Numbered from the stretch's first letter, positions 39,291 through 53,789 are shown. The stretch is DNA of 64,000 bases from Octopus bimaculoides (GCF_001194135.2 NC_068994.1:2568930-2632929), one strand, 5' to 3'. Notes: generated from the sequence alone by a model not told the origin. Program-made: numbers and translations.

Positions 39291-40024
39291 GATAAGGTAG
39301 ACATGGACTCTGTGTCTGAAAAAAAAAAATGAGATGGTCTCGGCTTTGATCATAGGACTGCTCAATCAAGCCTTACCTTGGGTTAAACAACAACTGCAAC
39401 CCATTCAAATCAAGCTATACAACATTCAACCCCATAAAATAACTTTTCTTGGTTATGATGATTTTTTACTAAATACATTTCTTATGGCTGTTTATGTAAG
39501 AAATATGGCATTTGTGATTTCACACTTTTAGAATTAAAGATCTCCTCATGCCTGTCCATTACTTGAACTCTAGTGCTGCTAGACTAGTTATTTCAATAAA
39601 ATTTTAATGAGCTATTAATTCTAATTTTATTTAATCCAGTATTCATGTCTTTTGGGTTACCAAATAATTGAGGTTGTGTTGTAGTTTTTGTTTAACAACT
39701 GTCTCACAACCAGATGTTGTTGTTACTTCCATTGTTATGAAACTCCTTTTGGGTAATCTTCTTACTCCTTATGACATCTTACTTTTTCGTCATTAACATC
39801 CATGCCAGCAGAGATTTTTTCCCAATAATATCTTGATTTCTTGACATATTGTCTTTAACAACCCCCACCCTGTTCACCTCTTTCATCAGATTACTTTTCC
39901 TTTTTAAATTAATAATTCTAACATCTAACTTTTCTCTTGACTTTTAGATAAAACTTTCATTCATTGATAGTCTTCCAAACCTTTCAAGTTTCCGTTTTAA
40001 TAAACCAAATATATTGATTTGTTG

Positions 40025-40225
40025 TACAGGCCTAAAACAACACATTTTATAGGAGGCTTTTGTTGATTAAACTAAACCCCAATACTTCCCTGGTATTTTA
40101 TTTTATCAAACCTGGAAAGATAAAAGGCAAAGTTGACCTCAGTAGGATTTGAACTCAGAAAACAGAGGGTTACAACTAATTAACAGAAAGCATATGGCCT
40201 TGCAGTTTAATGATTTCTACCAGTT
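40025..40225 (-). mobile_element. tRNA-derived SINE (degenerate)
   Basis: aaaggcaaagttgacctcagtaggatttgaactcagaa core. Confidence 0.65.
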
Positions 40226-41256
40226 AGTAAAGTCTAATAACAATGTTGTCAGTATTTGAAGAATAATTTTGTGATGGTTTATAAAATATCAGCTAAAATA
40301 AAATTTCGAAAATTCAAAATTCTAAATGTGGAAAGAAAAAGAAAAATCATCTGAAAATTAGTATAAAATCATTTATTAAACTCAAAACCTAGAAACATTA
40401 TATACAGAGCATCAGTATTAAACAATGGCTCTAAATGACTTGGTTATGAAATCAGTTGTGTATTAAGTATTCATTTTTTTCCTGCAAAATAAGATTAAAT
40501 ATGCAAAATGGATTGAATCTTTTAACATTATTCTCTGCAAAACATTCTATCTTTGATTAATTATACTGTCTTTGTAGTAGTCCTAATATATCTTGATATT
40601 ATTTAGTATTCAACATGGCTTGCTATTATTTAACATTCTTGATTGGTCAAAGAATTTTGTTTTCAGTATCATTATCATCATAAAAAAGAGTGGAGAAGAA
40701 TCTCATTTCCATATATGGAGTCTGTTTGTTTTTCTTAAGAAACACTATTAGATCGTTAATGGCTTTCATGCAATGGCAGACAGGATCAAAGACAGTTTCT
40801 TTTCAACTACAATAGGCTGTGATCACCTGCAGAGAATAAAGTATATACCTGATGTATAACTAAAATTAGAAGTCAGTGTGATTTTACTCTTGTCATAAGG
40901 TAGATAGATGCTTATCAAATCACTCGGTTTGTTCTAGCTATGCCATGACACCTAACTATTAACATTCTGACAATAATGTTTTCTATGGTTTGCTTCTTGT
41001 AATCATTGTTTGGATACATACAGAGATGCAGTTCTTATATTGAAAAGCAATGCTGCATAAATCACTGAGAATTTTGCTCAGATGAATCTAAAATTGTATT
41101 CACACTTACCCTCATTCTTTCTTTTTTTTCTTCAGACATTCACTACTAACTTTAAATACATTTCTAGATACACCAGAGAGGGATAACACTATAAACCAAT
41201 TATGTGTAAATACATATAGCTGAACAGTTTACACATACATACTGTATGTATGTGTT

Positions 41257-41335
<79 letters not shown>

Positions 41336-41397
41336 AGGTATTCTGTGTGTTAAAATAGGTATGATTTCTACTTTGTTTTCTTAAATTGGCTAATATT

Positions 41398-42180
41398 ATC
41401 TCTCTCCCCAGCAGTGCTCCACCAGCTTAACCATTTGCTCCTCTAGTAAGAGTCTACCACCATAACATCTCCTTGCCATTAGTACTCCACTGTATTAAGC
41501 TCTTTCCTCCAGCATGAGTCCACCATCTTAAACTCTACCTTCCAACAATAGTTCACTATGTTACCCTCTCTTTCAGTAAGGGTCCACAACCTTATTTTCT
41601 ATCCGAAAACATTTGGCCATCCCTTTAATTTCCCTCCCCAATAGAAGTCCAACATTGATGTCTTCCTCCTCACAGTAGTGATCCACCAACTTCTCTCTGC
41701 CCAGTATTTATCTATCACATTAAACACTCTCCTTCAGTAATGGTCCATTATCATAACCTTTCTCCTTTAGTTGTAATCCATCACATTCATTTATTCCCAG
41801 AACCAGTCCACTACCTTAATCTCTCTCTCTCTCTCTCTCCCTCTCTCTTGCTCATTCTTTCAATAGTCCTCTACTTGTTCCCTTAGCAAAATCCATCACC
41901 TTAACATCTCTCCCCTACCAGTGCTCCACCAGTGATAGTCTACCTTTATTTCTCTCTTTCAGCATTAGTCCATCACTTTACTCCCTCTCCTCCAGCAGCC
42001 CACCACTTTAACCTTTCTCCCTCTCAAGAATGATCCGGCCCATATTTCTTCACCACTTTAACTTCTCTCTCTGCCAAAGGTGGTCCACTTTGTCTCTCCT
42101 CCAGCAGTAGTCCACCATTTTGGTCTCTATCCTACAATAATGGCCCATGTCTTTAATAACTCTTTCTTAGTAGTGGTTCA
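41398..42180. repeat. Degenerate pyrimidine-rich minisatellite (about 32-bp unit ctctcc.ccagcagt.gtccaccac.ttaac)
   Basis: About 20 diverged units visible by eye. Confidence 0.7.
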
Positions 42181-42315
42181 GTACAAATTCTCAGCCATGA
42201 TGAAAGCTATCTGAATGAAACACAAGCCAGATTGCATTTTCAGTCAGCAATATTTACATAATCTCTGCACAAAATTACTTTCAAGTTTTCTAAAGATTGT
42301 TGTGTTTAACCACAG

Positions 42316-42466
42316 AAGTACAGTGAACCGGTTGAAGTAACATCTTATGGTGAACTCCGGGAACTAGAAAATTACAAGAGCGACACTCTAGTAACCTACA
42401 AGGACACTGGCCGAAGTTGGATAGATAGAGATATTGGATATTATGAAGAAATACCAGCAATGTCAG
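42316..42466 (+). CDS. Pcdh: Protocadherin gene A, penultimate exon (KYSEPVEVTSYGELRELENYKSDTLVTYKDTGRSWIDRDIGYYEEIPAMS)
   Basis: cacag| acceptor; only the phase-0 frame is open, matching the 31998 donor; donor CAG|gtagtg, phase 1; homologous to 1487-1637. Confidence 0.8.
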
Positions 42467-42637
42467 GTAGTGTAATTCTACTTGTCTCTGTTCCTGTTGT
42501 TGTAGTTGATATTCTTACCTTGCATTGCCTGTATTTTGTATAGAAAGAAAACTGGGTTTTAATTTTGGTTTTTTTCTCCTCTTGTTTCTATTTACCATCT
42601 ACAGCATCTTGAATCATCTTACTTGTATATTTTCCAG

Positions 42638-42756
42638 ATCTCTATAGTGCCTGTCCTGCTATATCAACCAGCTACGAGAGACAACATTACCAAGATAGAT
42701 TTCTTAAACCCCTAGAAAGACAGCTGTCCCTGACACCTGAAGATATCATTAACTGA
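42638..42756 (+). CDS. Pcdh: Protocadherin gene A, terminal exon ((D)LYSACPAISTSYERQHYQDRFLKPLERQLSLTPEDIIN*)
   Basis: tttccag| acceptor, phase 1 matching the preceding donor; TGA 42754-42756; homologous to 1756-1850. Confidence 0.8.
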
Positions 42757-43050
42757 CCCAAGGCAATTTCTATCATATCTTACAATCTCAATCATCAAAG
42801 TTATTTAGAAATAGAATATACTCTGTATACCTTAAGAGGAAAGAAAAAGAGACCAGATTTTTCATTACTTAAAGTTTCATTAAAAATGTTTTCATTCATG
42901 TAGTATTATTTTTTTTAAATGCATAGTTCTTACACATTTGAAAAGTATAAATTAAATATATGCATATAGAACCAAAAGTGTGATATTTCTGATAATACTA
43001 ATTTTCCCTATTAAACTGCTGCTGCTATATTACAAATGATTACAATACAA

Positions 43051-43056
43051 AATAAA
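43051..43056 (+). terminator. Candidate polyadenylation signal (AATAAA) of gene A
   Basis: First AATAAA noticed after the stop; others follow (about 43324, 43441); AT-rich context, so weak. Confidence 0.3.
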
Positions 43057-43706
43057 ACTTATAAATGCTTTTTATTTGGATACCTAGTCATATTATTAAT
43101 CATAAAGTTTAAACAGTCTTTATTTTCTCCTCATTCATGTTTGTCTATTCACTCTAAACTTACCAACTGGTTATTTTTTTTCAGTCAAGGTTTGATATTT
43201 GATATTTTGTTTCCCTCAAAGATATAGAAATGCAAACATTATCACTAAATTATTATTTTTAAAAACACTGCTCTTTGGTCCTTTAAATATATTAGAATTT
43301 GTTTTTATAAAACTGCAATTGAAAATAAAATCATGTATAAAATAACATTATACATAGTTAAGGGAGATGATAGTTTATTGTAAATGTTGAGTAAATAAAA
43401 AAAATTCATTTGCTATTTATGTGACGATTTCAATTACTCAATAAAATTGGTCATGTGATCAACTATCATGTAGAAAAAGTTTAATTTTGTATATAAAACA
43501 AAAGAAAAAGAAAAATAGAAATAAATCTAGAGAACAATAGATATTTCTACTTTAGTTTGTTGTTTTTGTATTTTTAGACATGTTGGTATTGGATAAATTT
43601 CTTATGGCTAACTGTTAGTGGAACTGATAATTCTGTGTTCTCTCTCACTCTTACTCTCTCACTCATTCTCTCTCACTCATTCTCTCTTTCTCTCTCTTTC
43701 TGTGAG

Positions 43707-43954
43707 GGGAACATATCAACTAGTTTATCAGATGCTGGTTTAAGCATCACCCATCTCTATCACCACACACTCACTAAACATTTCACAGAGAACACAGAGA
43801 GGAACTGCTGGCTTATACTGACTTACTCACCACATCAATCTATCAACATGAAGCCATTGTCACACCATAGCAGCAGTGACACAGACAACCATTAACAAAC
43901 AGAACATTGGGACCAAGTCACAGTTTATACAACAAAGGATTTTATGCTGTAAAA
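43707..43954 (+). other. Putative 5' leader exon of Pcdh gene B
   Basis: Long (CT)-rich tract + tgag|, donor aaaa|gtaagt. Blocks homologous to 12707-12939 include catcacccatctc, cactaaacat, tgacttactcac, tcaacatg, tgtcacaccatagcagcagt and tttatacaacaaagg. Confidence 0.65.
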
Positions 43955-44284
43955 GTAAGTATATCTTTACTTTATTGTTTTCATTTACTTTATTGGATAA
44001 ATATATTTAAATTGTATCAAAACAAAACAAAACAAAACAAATTTAAATACTTTTTTTCTTTAAAATATCACCAAATAGCAAAATAAATAGTTATTTATTT
44101 ACCTGTTTATTTCAAGAGATGAAAACTAAATTCTCTCTAACTACCTATTTTTATTTATTTTTTAAAATATATTTTAAGCTGTGTATTTTAGCCTTATATA
44201 CAATTCATAATATAAATAAGGAGAGAAATATCTTGACTGTATAAGATGTTTGTTGTTGTTGTTGTTTTGTTTTGTTTTTCTTCA

Positions 44285-44366
44285 ATTTCTTGCTTGGAAG
44301 GTTTATTGATCAGCTGTAATGTCTCCTTCTAATGCTTAGCCTCAGGCCTTATACAAGTGAGAAACT
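44285..44366. promoter_or_regulatory. 82-bp conserved non-coding element, copy 2
   Basis: Identical to 13342-13423. Confidence 0.6.
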
Positions 44367-46901
44367 ACACAAAACTGTTTCTCATAGTAGTTGATGATCA
44401 CAACTCTGCTGGAGGTTGAAAAGCCATTAGAACCACATCAATTCTTAGAGGAAATATCTTTCATCAAAATATTCCCAGGAGAAAATTTCTTCATATACTA
44501 AATAAACATTTTGAAGACATGAAGATGTTATCCTAAAACGGCAGCATATTGACAACAAAATATAATCAATATATTGTTGAAATATATGACACTGTTTTTT
44601 CATTCTTTACTGCTATAGATATAACACTTTTTGAAATTTTCTTTTCATTTTAAATATAATACACTTCTAGACCACACATTTCAAAGTAAATCAATGCTAA
44701 TATATTCCAGCACTTGTGTTTGCATTTTATTTTACTAGTTATCAAATACAACTTATGTAATGTTTTTATATTTATCAACTGCAAATCACAAATGTATTTG
44801 GAAAGTGAAAATCAAAATGAATTTTCTAAAACTAGTTTGTTGAAAAGATATCAGTAAATGAAAGAGTTATCGCTAACAACCAATTGATCTATTACTTACA
44901 AATTAACAATATAGTCTAATTAAAGAAGTTGTTATTGGGTATTGAAAGTTTGAGAGCTGCATGCTAAGTAGTTTCATCATTTGGATCACTTTTCATAATG
45001 AGAATGTTTTACTTTTTTTTGTTAAAATGCAACTGGAGTAAGTTGATATCTCACTATTTCACAAAGTTATTTAAATTCAAGAGTTATAAAACTATACAGT
45101 TTAGTCATTATTTAGATATAATAAGCTATTTTAAGTGGCAATTTTAATTGTGTTTGCTTGAAATGAAGTATTTTGATTGGCTGTGCCAATATCTTGCTGA
45201 GTTTTACTTTGTAATATTGAGGTTATTTGCTGACCTAAGATGACTTAAAGAATTGTTTATGTAGTGAAATAGTTGCAAATGACTTTTTGGTTAACAGTCT
45301 CTTTCTCCAGATTATACCATTTATAGTGGTAAATATGAGAATCTATTTAAGTTAGTGTTAAGGAGAATGTACATAGCAGATAATAAGCAAAAACTAGGAA
45401 GTGGATGAAGTAGGGGTTCTAAAGCTCTTTAACTCTAATACCACAGTAAAAGTTGAGCTAAGCTCACAGTTATTGATTTGAAAGCCTGGCAAGCTCCTTA
45501 TATTGCCTCATCTTGTTGTTTATAGCAATGATGATGATGATGATGATGTTTTTATGTAATTCCCATGGTGCAACGTGATATTATCAGTAGAGTTAGTGAT
45601 ATATCAGACCAACAAGTAGCAATTTAATACCTGTAACTTCATGCTGAGAAGACATGCATAGATTTATACAGAACTCTTCTCCTCTCTCTTTTTAGATATT
45701 GCAATTGTGCTGTAATTTACATATCAGTGAAATAAGTGAGATATCAGATATATTCTATGGGATGTTACTATTCCTTATACAGTATGATTTTTATTGTGAG
45801 ATGTGAGAAATATTTCATAGCTGGACTTGTCACATTTTATTTGTTAGTCTTAATTCTATTCTATAATTCTATGAGTAGATATAATCTCAGGAGTGAAGAG
45901 CATCAAGTTAATGGTCAGTTTTGTGTCCAATCATTGTATTATCCTCTGTCCACTGTGAAGCCAGGTCATCACCACCAATAAAATCCAAACTTTACAAAAT
46001 GGTGAAGTGCCAAACTTGTTGCAAAGTAATGAATCTTTCCAAATTACAGTCATAATTATCATTTCCATTGGCAATATATTTTATAGTTTGTAAATGCTTC
46101 CTCGTCACCGATGGCCTTTTTGAAGGATACTTTTTACTTCCAGTTTACATGCATTAAATAGATGAAGTATAACTGTTCCCTAGATAAGACATTATTTTGT
46201 CACTGGTAACATTCCGGGAAGCTTTGTTAACTTTTAGTAACACCAAGAATGATTGTGTGGTTAAGAAGTTTACCTGGCAACCATGTAGCTTAAGGTTTGG
46301 TTCTACTATTTGGACCTTGGACAAATGTTGTTTTTTACATTAACCTCAGGTTGATCAATGCCTGGTCAATAAAATTAGTATATGAAACTGTGTGGAGATC
46401 CATTGCATGTATGTGTGTGTGAGTATGTTTGTACATGTGTCTGCATGCATTTGTCTGCACAAATGCATGAATACATACATGTAATGCATGTGGAGTATGA
46501 CTAAATGATTAAGGAATTCACTTTGTAACCATGGGATCCTTGGTTCAATCCTACTGTGTGACATCTTGGGCAAGTGCCATTTTCTATAGCTTCAAATTGT
46601 AATGGAAGTGGTGGGTAGAGAGAGAAAGTGTGTAGAAGCTCCTTTGATGGCTTTGTAGCTGTAAATGAAAAATTTCAATTTTGTCACACACATTGTGTTA
46701 TGCTGATTCTGCCTGAGAATTACATTAACGGTACATGTGTCTGATTTGTGAAATGCTCCACCAGTTAGACATTAATTCAATGAGCTACTGATGCAATGGA
46801 TTAAACATTTGAATCTTCATCACTGAAACTAATAGAAAACCATCCATGCATGTAAGTATGTATGCAGTGTGTATGAATGTATGTATTCAGGTAGGTATGC
46901 A

Positions 46902-46959
<58 letters not shown>

Positions 46960-47199
46960 TGAAGGATGAAATATCTATGGAAAATCAAATGGCCAGTGCT
47001 CATTGAATCCTATCCCTTGTGACATTTGTTTTGCATTGAGTTACAAGCACTCACTCACTACTCTTGCAATCAGAAATGCAGTAAACCAATGATGAGCTCT
47101 TTGGAAAGTAGTGATGAATAACATTATTGTTCACCAGTGTGCTATAAAATAATTTAAAAAAAAAATAAAGAGTGATCTTATATGTTAAGGAGTTTAAGT

Positions 47200-47406
47200 T
47201 AATAGTGATTTCAAACGTTGGCAAAAGGCCAGCCGTTTTTGGAGAGAGGGTACTTGATTACATTGACCCCCGTGATTAACTGGTACTTGATTTATCAACC
47301 CTGAAAGGATGAAGGGCAAAGTCGACTTCAGAAGAATTTGAAGATGGATGAAAAGTTGCTAAGCATTTTCACTGGTGTGCTAATGATTCTGCCAGCTCAT
47401 CACCTT
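47200..47406 (-). mobile_element. tRNA-derived SINE
   Basis: ctgaaaggatgaagggcaaagtcgacttc..gattctgccagctcatcacc core. Confidence 0.75.
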
Positions 47407-47534
47407 TGAATTAATGTTAATACTAAGAATTATTGCGTTGAGTCAAAAGTTTTGTAATATTTTGGTAACATATTTGCTTTATCAGTCAAATTGCAGCAAA
47501 AGCAGCTTAGCATTCAAAGTAGAGGACATCGAGT

Positions 47535-48170
47535 TTTATTGTCTGAAGCCACTTTTTTGCCAGCACTTTGATACCACACTGAAACCAGTTCTTGTTGTTC
47601 AAGGCAAAAAACTTGTTCACTAAAGCTTCAGCTTCCTCTTGGTCGGTGAAGCATTGCCATGGATCTGAACAAGTGATAATCTGAGTGACTATATGCTGGA
47701 TTTTGCATCAGTTCAATTCCCTCCAGCGACTGGAGTTCATTCTGGATCATCCAAGCAGCATGAGGTCTTGCTGCAGAAGAACTCACTCTCTGTTAATCAA
47801 TGCTAAGTATTTGTGCTGCTCAATGGCATACATCCACTCCAGCTGTTTGGAGTATAAATTGTCATTGAATGATTCAACCATGCAGAAAAAAGACTCATAA
47901 TGAATCATTCTGTCATAATTCTGCCAGAGACAGAGCATCATCTTGTGTTTGAAATACCCATGTTTGGTGACAGATTCCGGAAGCTGGTCCTTGCTTAACC
48001 ACTGTCTATGCATGTTAGCATTGCAGAAAAATACTTCCCTCAGATTATTACTTCTTCAAATCCACGGCTCACTTTCTCTGCTCATCATGTTTCACCAACC
48101 AAGAGATGTAACCAAGAAGTTACCAAAATATTGCAAAACTTTAGACTAAACACAATAATGTTATCTCATG
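47535..48170 (-). mobile_element. Degenerate mariner transposase catalytic (DDD) region
   Basis: KMMLCLWQNYDRMIHYE..NDNLYSKQLE..KYLALINR matches mariner KVMLCVWW..GIIHYE..TIN.D.YCQQL..KYPALVNRK. Confidence 0.8.
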
Positions 48171-49337
48171 ATCTATAACAACCTCATTTACTTTTCCCAT
48201 CATTAATATAAATAAAATTATTGCTGTAAGTAATTGTCCCCTTCATCTATACCTACCCAAAGCAATTGTCTAAGTGCTGTAGCATTATTTCAAACTAAAG
48301 CCTCCACTTAGCTTTAAGTGCCAAGTACTACATTATTTACCTTAAGAGGATCTCTCATATGGATGCATGGAGCATAAACCACACATATATCACTACCAGA
48401 TGAGAATTGTCTGCTATAGGTGCCAGAACTGCCAGATCACGTGATTTTGACATGCTCCATCTCTTCAGTAGCAGACATCCAGTAGCTGCATACCAGTCAA
48501 ACCTTGCTACCAGCAATATGTTGAATTTCAATGACTGTTCAAACACTGATGTCACAAATATCCAATAGGCTTATTAAAAAATGGTTATTAGCAACAGAGG
48601 CAGTATTAATACCAAAAGATTTTATGTACCATGTATCCTTGTGAGAGGTCCATATGAAATGTCCTCTCAAGGTAAGTAACACAGTACTTGGCATTCTAAC
48701 AATGCATCCACATTAAGTTGGATACAAAGAGTACATTTTGGTTTTAATACTGTCTCTGTCACTAATAATTGTAATTAAGCTCAATGTTATACAAGAAGCC
48801 ATGGAACGTGTATCAGTGGGATGGTTTTTAATAATCTCACAGAATCTACACCCATTCAGTTTAGATTAATTTAAAGCATAAATTAACTACTATTTTATAT
48901 TCACTTGCTAACTTCTCAAGAAATACATCATTTGCTTATCATACTTGCTATTTCCCCCCCCCCCCACCTTCTAGCATATTCTTGTTAGTGTTTATCTACT
49001 ATAAAACCAATTTGCTGTGAGCAGTTACCATGGCACCATACTTGCTGAACTTTAGGCAAGGATTGAGATGCAGTTATTTATTAAAAGTAGTGAAAACGGT
49101 TTTGTTGGGGGTGTTTTTGTTGTTGCCATTAACATATATTCTTAAGATGACAAATCGACTGAAATGTTTTGCCTGTAATTTTCCATTTTTATAGCTTTAT
49201 CTGAGAAAATGTAAGATATGGGTCTGACTTCAAAGATAAATACATCATGGAATGAATACATGCTCTCTCTCCCTCCCTCCCTCCCTCACCCTCTCTTTCT
49301 CTCTCTCTCCCTCACACACACATAGACACATGCATGT

Positions 49338-49371
<34 letters not shown>

Positions 49372-50712
49372 TAATAAATTAATGTTATTATGTTTCAAGA
49401 TATAGTTTCAGGTTTCTTACCTGGTTTCATTAAATAATTCCCCCCAGATTAGTGTACAAAAAGTTTAGTCAATCTATTCAAGGCCTGGTACTTCACCAGT
49501 ACTTATTATTTTATTGACCCCCAAAAGGATGAAATTTGAAGTTAATCTTAGCAGATTAATTACTGACTCTGTCATTCATCATTCTTCTACAACTAACTCG
49601 TTATTTTATTGCAAACAGGCTTTCTTTTTAAATTCCTACATATTTTTTCTAACATATTTTTAAACTAAATCATTCATTAATATTTCTCTATGCAGAAAGT
49701 AAGGTAGACAAATGGAGAAACCAATTATATTGTTAATGTTTATTCTAATTAATGCAGAAAGAATGAAAGCCTGGTTCACTTCAGTAGGATTTGATTAGTC
49801 CAACATACAACTGCTTCAGCTATTTCCAATGTCCTAATTGTGGCTCTATTTAACAGTATCACCTGGCCCTTTGTCCCTTTAGAGGAGCCCATTTTGTTGC
49901 AAACCTTATATTATGTCAGATGTCTTGCCTGAAGTCCATTCCTCCCACAAGTCACTGAGGTTAAGCAAAAAGATCATTGGCATTGTCCTTCCTTCTGATT
50001 AAGTTTTTTTTATTTTTAATAAGCATAATAATAATAATAATAATAATAATGAAATATCTAAATATCTTATAATAATTTAGTTTATTGTAAAATGTCAATA
50101 GAATTAATTTCCACTAATGTAAATTCAACTGAGGGAGTAAAATTTTACTTCAGGTTTATTATAAACATAAACTATTATAATTTAGTATAAAGAAATGGTT
50201 ACCGATTGATATAATGAAGTAACTTTTTTAATGAAATAATATTTCATTGAATAAATAAGATTTGAAAATCTTTACTGACTGGAGTACAGGGGAGCTAACT
50301 TTACTTCTGATCATGATGTCAAGTTGAGCATATTGAAGTAATTATACCATAGCAATCATGAACATGACACAGAATGCACCATAGCCAATTATTTCCAGTG
50401 AAACAACATTTTTTCAGCTAAAAGTCAAGTTTTATGAGTTTAAAATATCAATATGCTGGAGGGAAATCTCACAAATAAGCAAAAAAGTCTGTTTTCCAAA
50501 AATCAATAGCAGATGAAAGGAAATGGAAACATATTTAGACTTATTTTCAGTAGCTTTCTTCCTTTTCCTTTGCATTTTCTTTTTTATAGAAATGAAGTCA
50601 AGAATTTATTTTAGAATGTAATTAAATTTATTTTCTTATTCACTTACATGTTTTTCAGAATGATCTGACAGTTTTAACAGCTCTCTCATATGAAGCAACT
50701 GTACATGGAAAT

Positions 50713-53094
50713 ATGTTTGTAGAATACTTATCTATATTATTGCTTCAATTCTGCTTATGCATGGACATCACCTACCACGTCAACGAAGAAGACAGTCCTC
50801 ACACCTATATAGGAGACATTGCTGTTGACTCTAACTTATCACACCCTCTCACACATCAACAACACACTCTCATTACATTTACACAACTACAAAGGACAGT
50901 CGAGAGTGGTTCTCACTTATTTAATGTCACCAACTCAGGAAAACTATACACTACTCAAACACTGGATGCTGAGTCTCTGTGTACGTACAACAAGGAATGT
51001 TCCAGAATAGTTAAAGTAGCAGTGAGGAAAGGAAAGACATTTATGAAGATATTAAAAGTGAAAGTAATAATAGAAGACATTAATGATAATCAACCAGCAT
51101 TTCCCACCAAAGAGATTTCATTACAATTTGATGAAGGTGATGGGAAGGGAATGAAAAAGTCCATTCCTAATGCAATTGACAAAGATGTTGGATTTCATAA
51201 TCACATGATAAAATACTTTTTAGCAAAATCTGAAAGTGAACCATTTTCATTATTAGTAACTAGAAGAGCTGATGGAATCTCAATGTTAGAAATTGTTTTA
51301 GAAGAGAGGCTAGATAGAGAAATGAAGGAAATCTATAACATAAATGTTGTGGCTAAAGATGAGGGATCTCCACCTAAAGAGAGTGTTTTAAAAGTTAGAG
51401 TAATAATTAGAGATGAGAATGACAATCGACCTGTATTTTCTAGAAATATTTATAATGTATCCATCAAAAACACACATAATAAGAATATTCCAATCCTCAC
51501 ACTTTCATCGACAGATTCTGATACAGGAGACAATAAGAAAGTTTCTTACTACTTTAGCCCGATGACTTCAGACATTGTTAAAAGACAGTTTCAAGTAGAT
51601 CACTCTACTGGCAAAATTTTTTCAACAGAGAGTTCTAGTCTAGATACTAAATTGACATACCAACTCTACATAGAAGCTAGGGATGGAGGCAGCCCTCCTC
51701 TCAGTTCTATAGCAACAGTTCTGGTGAATGTTATCAACCAACACAACAATCCTCCATCTATTGATATTGATTATGTTTCTGCCCTCAATCACAACACAGC
51801 TACCATTTCGGAAGATACCAAAGTTGGTAGTTTCATTGCTTATGTGATGGTCACTGATAATGATGTTGGGTATAATGGACAAGTCAGCTGTAGCCTCCAT
51901 CATGATATATTACAGCTGGTGTCCATGGGGTCAAAAGAATTCAAAATAGTTATGAAAAGTTCTGTTGACAGAGAGACACAAGATTATTATAATGTTTTGA
52001 TTACTTGTCAAGATGAAGGTTTCCCATCTCTTAAAACAGAAGAAATGTTTTCACTCCAGGTCACTGATGCCAATGATGTACAACCACAATTTAACAAAGA
52101 CATGTTTAAATTTTTAACTTATGAAAATGAAAAACCACATTTTCCTATTGGCTTTATCAATGCCACTGATCCTGACCTGGGACTGGCTGGTAAGCTAACA
52201 TATTCCCTATTGCACAAGAAAAGGAATCCAATTCCCTTTCAAATTTCTAACTATGGCTTTATTTCAACAAACCAGTCTTTAGACAGAGAACACAGAGATT
52301 TCTATGAGTTTGAGGTTTTTGTGAAAGACAATGGAACACCATCTCTGAATAACACAGTGAATGTTGAAGTGGAAGTATTGGATAGAAATGATAATGCTCC
52401 ATATTTTACATTTCCTAGTGTTGACCCTTTTACACTTGATGTCCACTATCACCCGCAAAGTAAGAACGACATCACAGTTTTGAGAGCTTCAGACAGAGAC
52501 AATGGAAATAATGCTTTTCTCAGGTATGAAATCATTTCAGGTAATGAGAGACAGCTGTTTAAACTAGATTCGTTCACTGGTGTGTTATCCTACTCTCGCA
52601 CAGTTTACCAAAATGATGCCGGATCCTATGAGCTTGAGTTTGTTGTGAAAGACAGTGGTACTCCAATTCTATCAGCAACAACAACTGTCTCTTTGACACT
52701 GACTGTTAGTAATAAGACGTCACCAATGTTCACAGCTGTCCACTTACAGTCTGGTAACAATCTCAATTTAACTTGGGTAATTATCATAGTAGTAGCAGCT
52801 GTAATAATATCTGTGGCTATTGTGGTTTCTGTGACACTGTGCTTTATTAGAGGCACCAATACTCGAAATAATTCTGCAAGGGTTCGTGAAAATTCTCAAT
52901 ACCATTCAAGAGCAGAAATGAAACAGTTAATATATCAAACAAACAATCCTATAGTTGTGACAAAAAACCCAGAAGAGATGCTCAGCAATAATAGTCCATC
53001 AATTATATCTTCAAGCCAGTTTTACCCTGAGGAAAACTCGAGCAAAGACTGGAAAACAGCTACTCTAGTCCGGACGCTTCCAAAATCTATAACG
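50713..53094 (+). CDS. Pcdh: Protocadherin gene B, large exon (signal peptide, EC1-EC6, TM, juxtamembrane tail; 794 codons); tail exons not found in window
   Basis: Same domain motifs as gene A (CTYNKEC, DINDNQPAF, LDRE, DENDNRPVF, DANDVQPQF, DRNDNAPYF; TM WVIIIVVAAVIISVAIVVSVTLCFI). Acceptor tttttcag| at 50659; donor ACG|gtaagt at 53095, phase 0. Confidence 0.95.
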
Positions 53095-53304
53095 GTAAGT
53101 TTATTTTCTTTCTACTACATAATATTTGGTTTGTATTTCATAGATTTCTCTTTTGACAAATTACTAATTTATATTTATTAATTCTATATTACTATTGGTG
53201 AACAGGATTTTCCAGAGTTACAAAATAATAGAAGTTTTCAATAAACCTCGATGACATGTATTCATTGCTAGAAACATTGCAATTTCAACAATTATAAGGA
53301 AGAA

Positions 53305-53346
<42 letters not shown>

Positions 53347-53561
53347 TCATCATGTTGAACCATTAATCCCTACACATATTTTTTCTCTTTCCATTCTTTT
53401 CTTTTTTTTCATTCTCTCTCCCTTTTTTTTCTCTCAATCCTTTTTGTTGAAGAGTGTAGGCTTGAAACCTCAATGATTTTTCCATTCTTCTTGAGTGTTA
53501 AACTAATACACCTGCTTGTTGTTCCTTCACCTGTCTTAGTGTTTTATTTTCTGTAAATCTG

Positions 53562-53602
<41 letters not shown>

Positions 53603-53789
53603 AAAGAAAAGGATAAAGAGACCAATGGCAAAGTTAGAATTATATTTTATGGATAAAGTCCTACAGCTGTTTCAGGGAAAATCCAATGTATCCCTTCATC
53701 GGAGACGGTAATAGCAGAAGAATGGATTATTACATCTGTAAGAGGAGATTTGTAGTAAGAAGTGAGAGGGATGACAATGATGCCACCAT

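Noticed and set aside
12707-43707. Leader exons offset by exactly 31,000 nt
   Set aside because: Other homologous anchors have different offsets (30,943; 21,069) and gap sizes are estimates; numerical coincidence.
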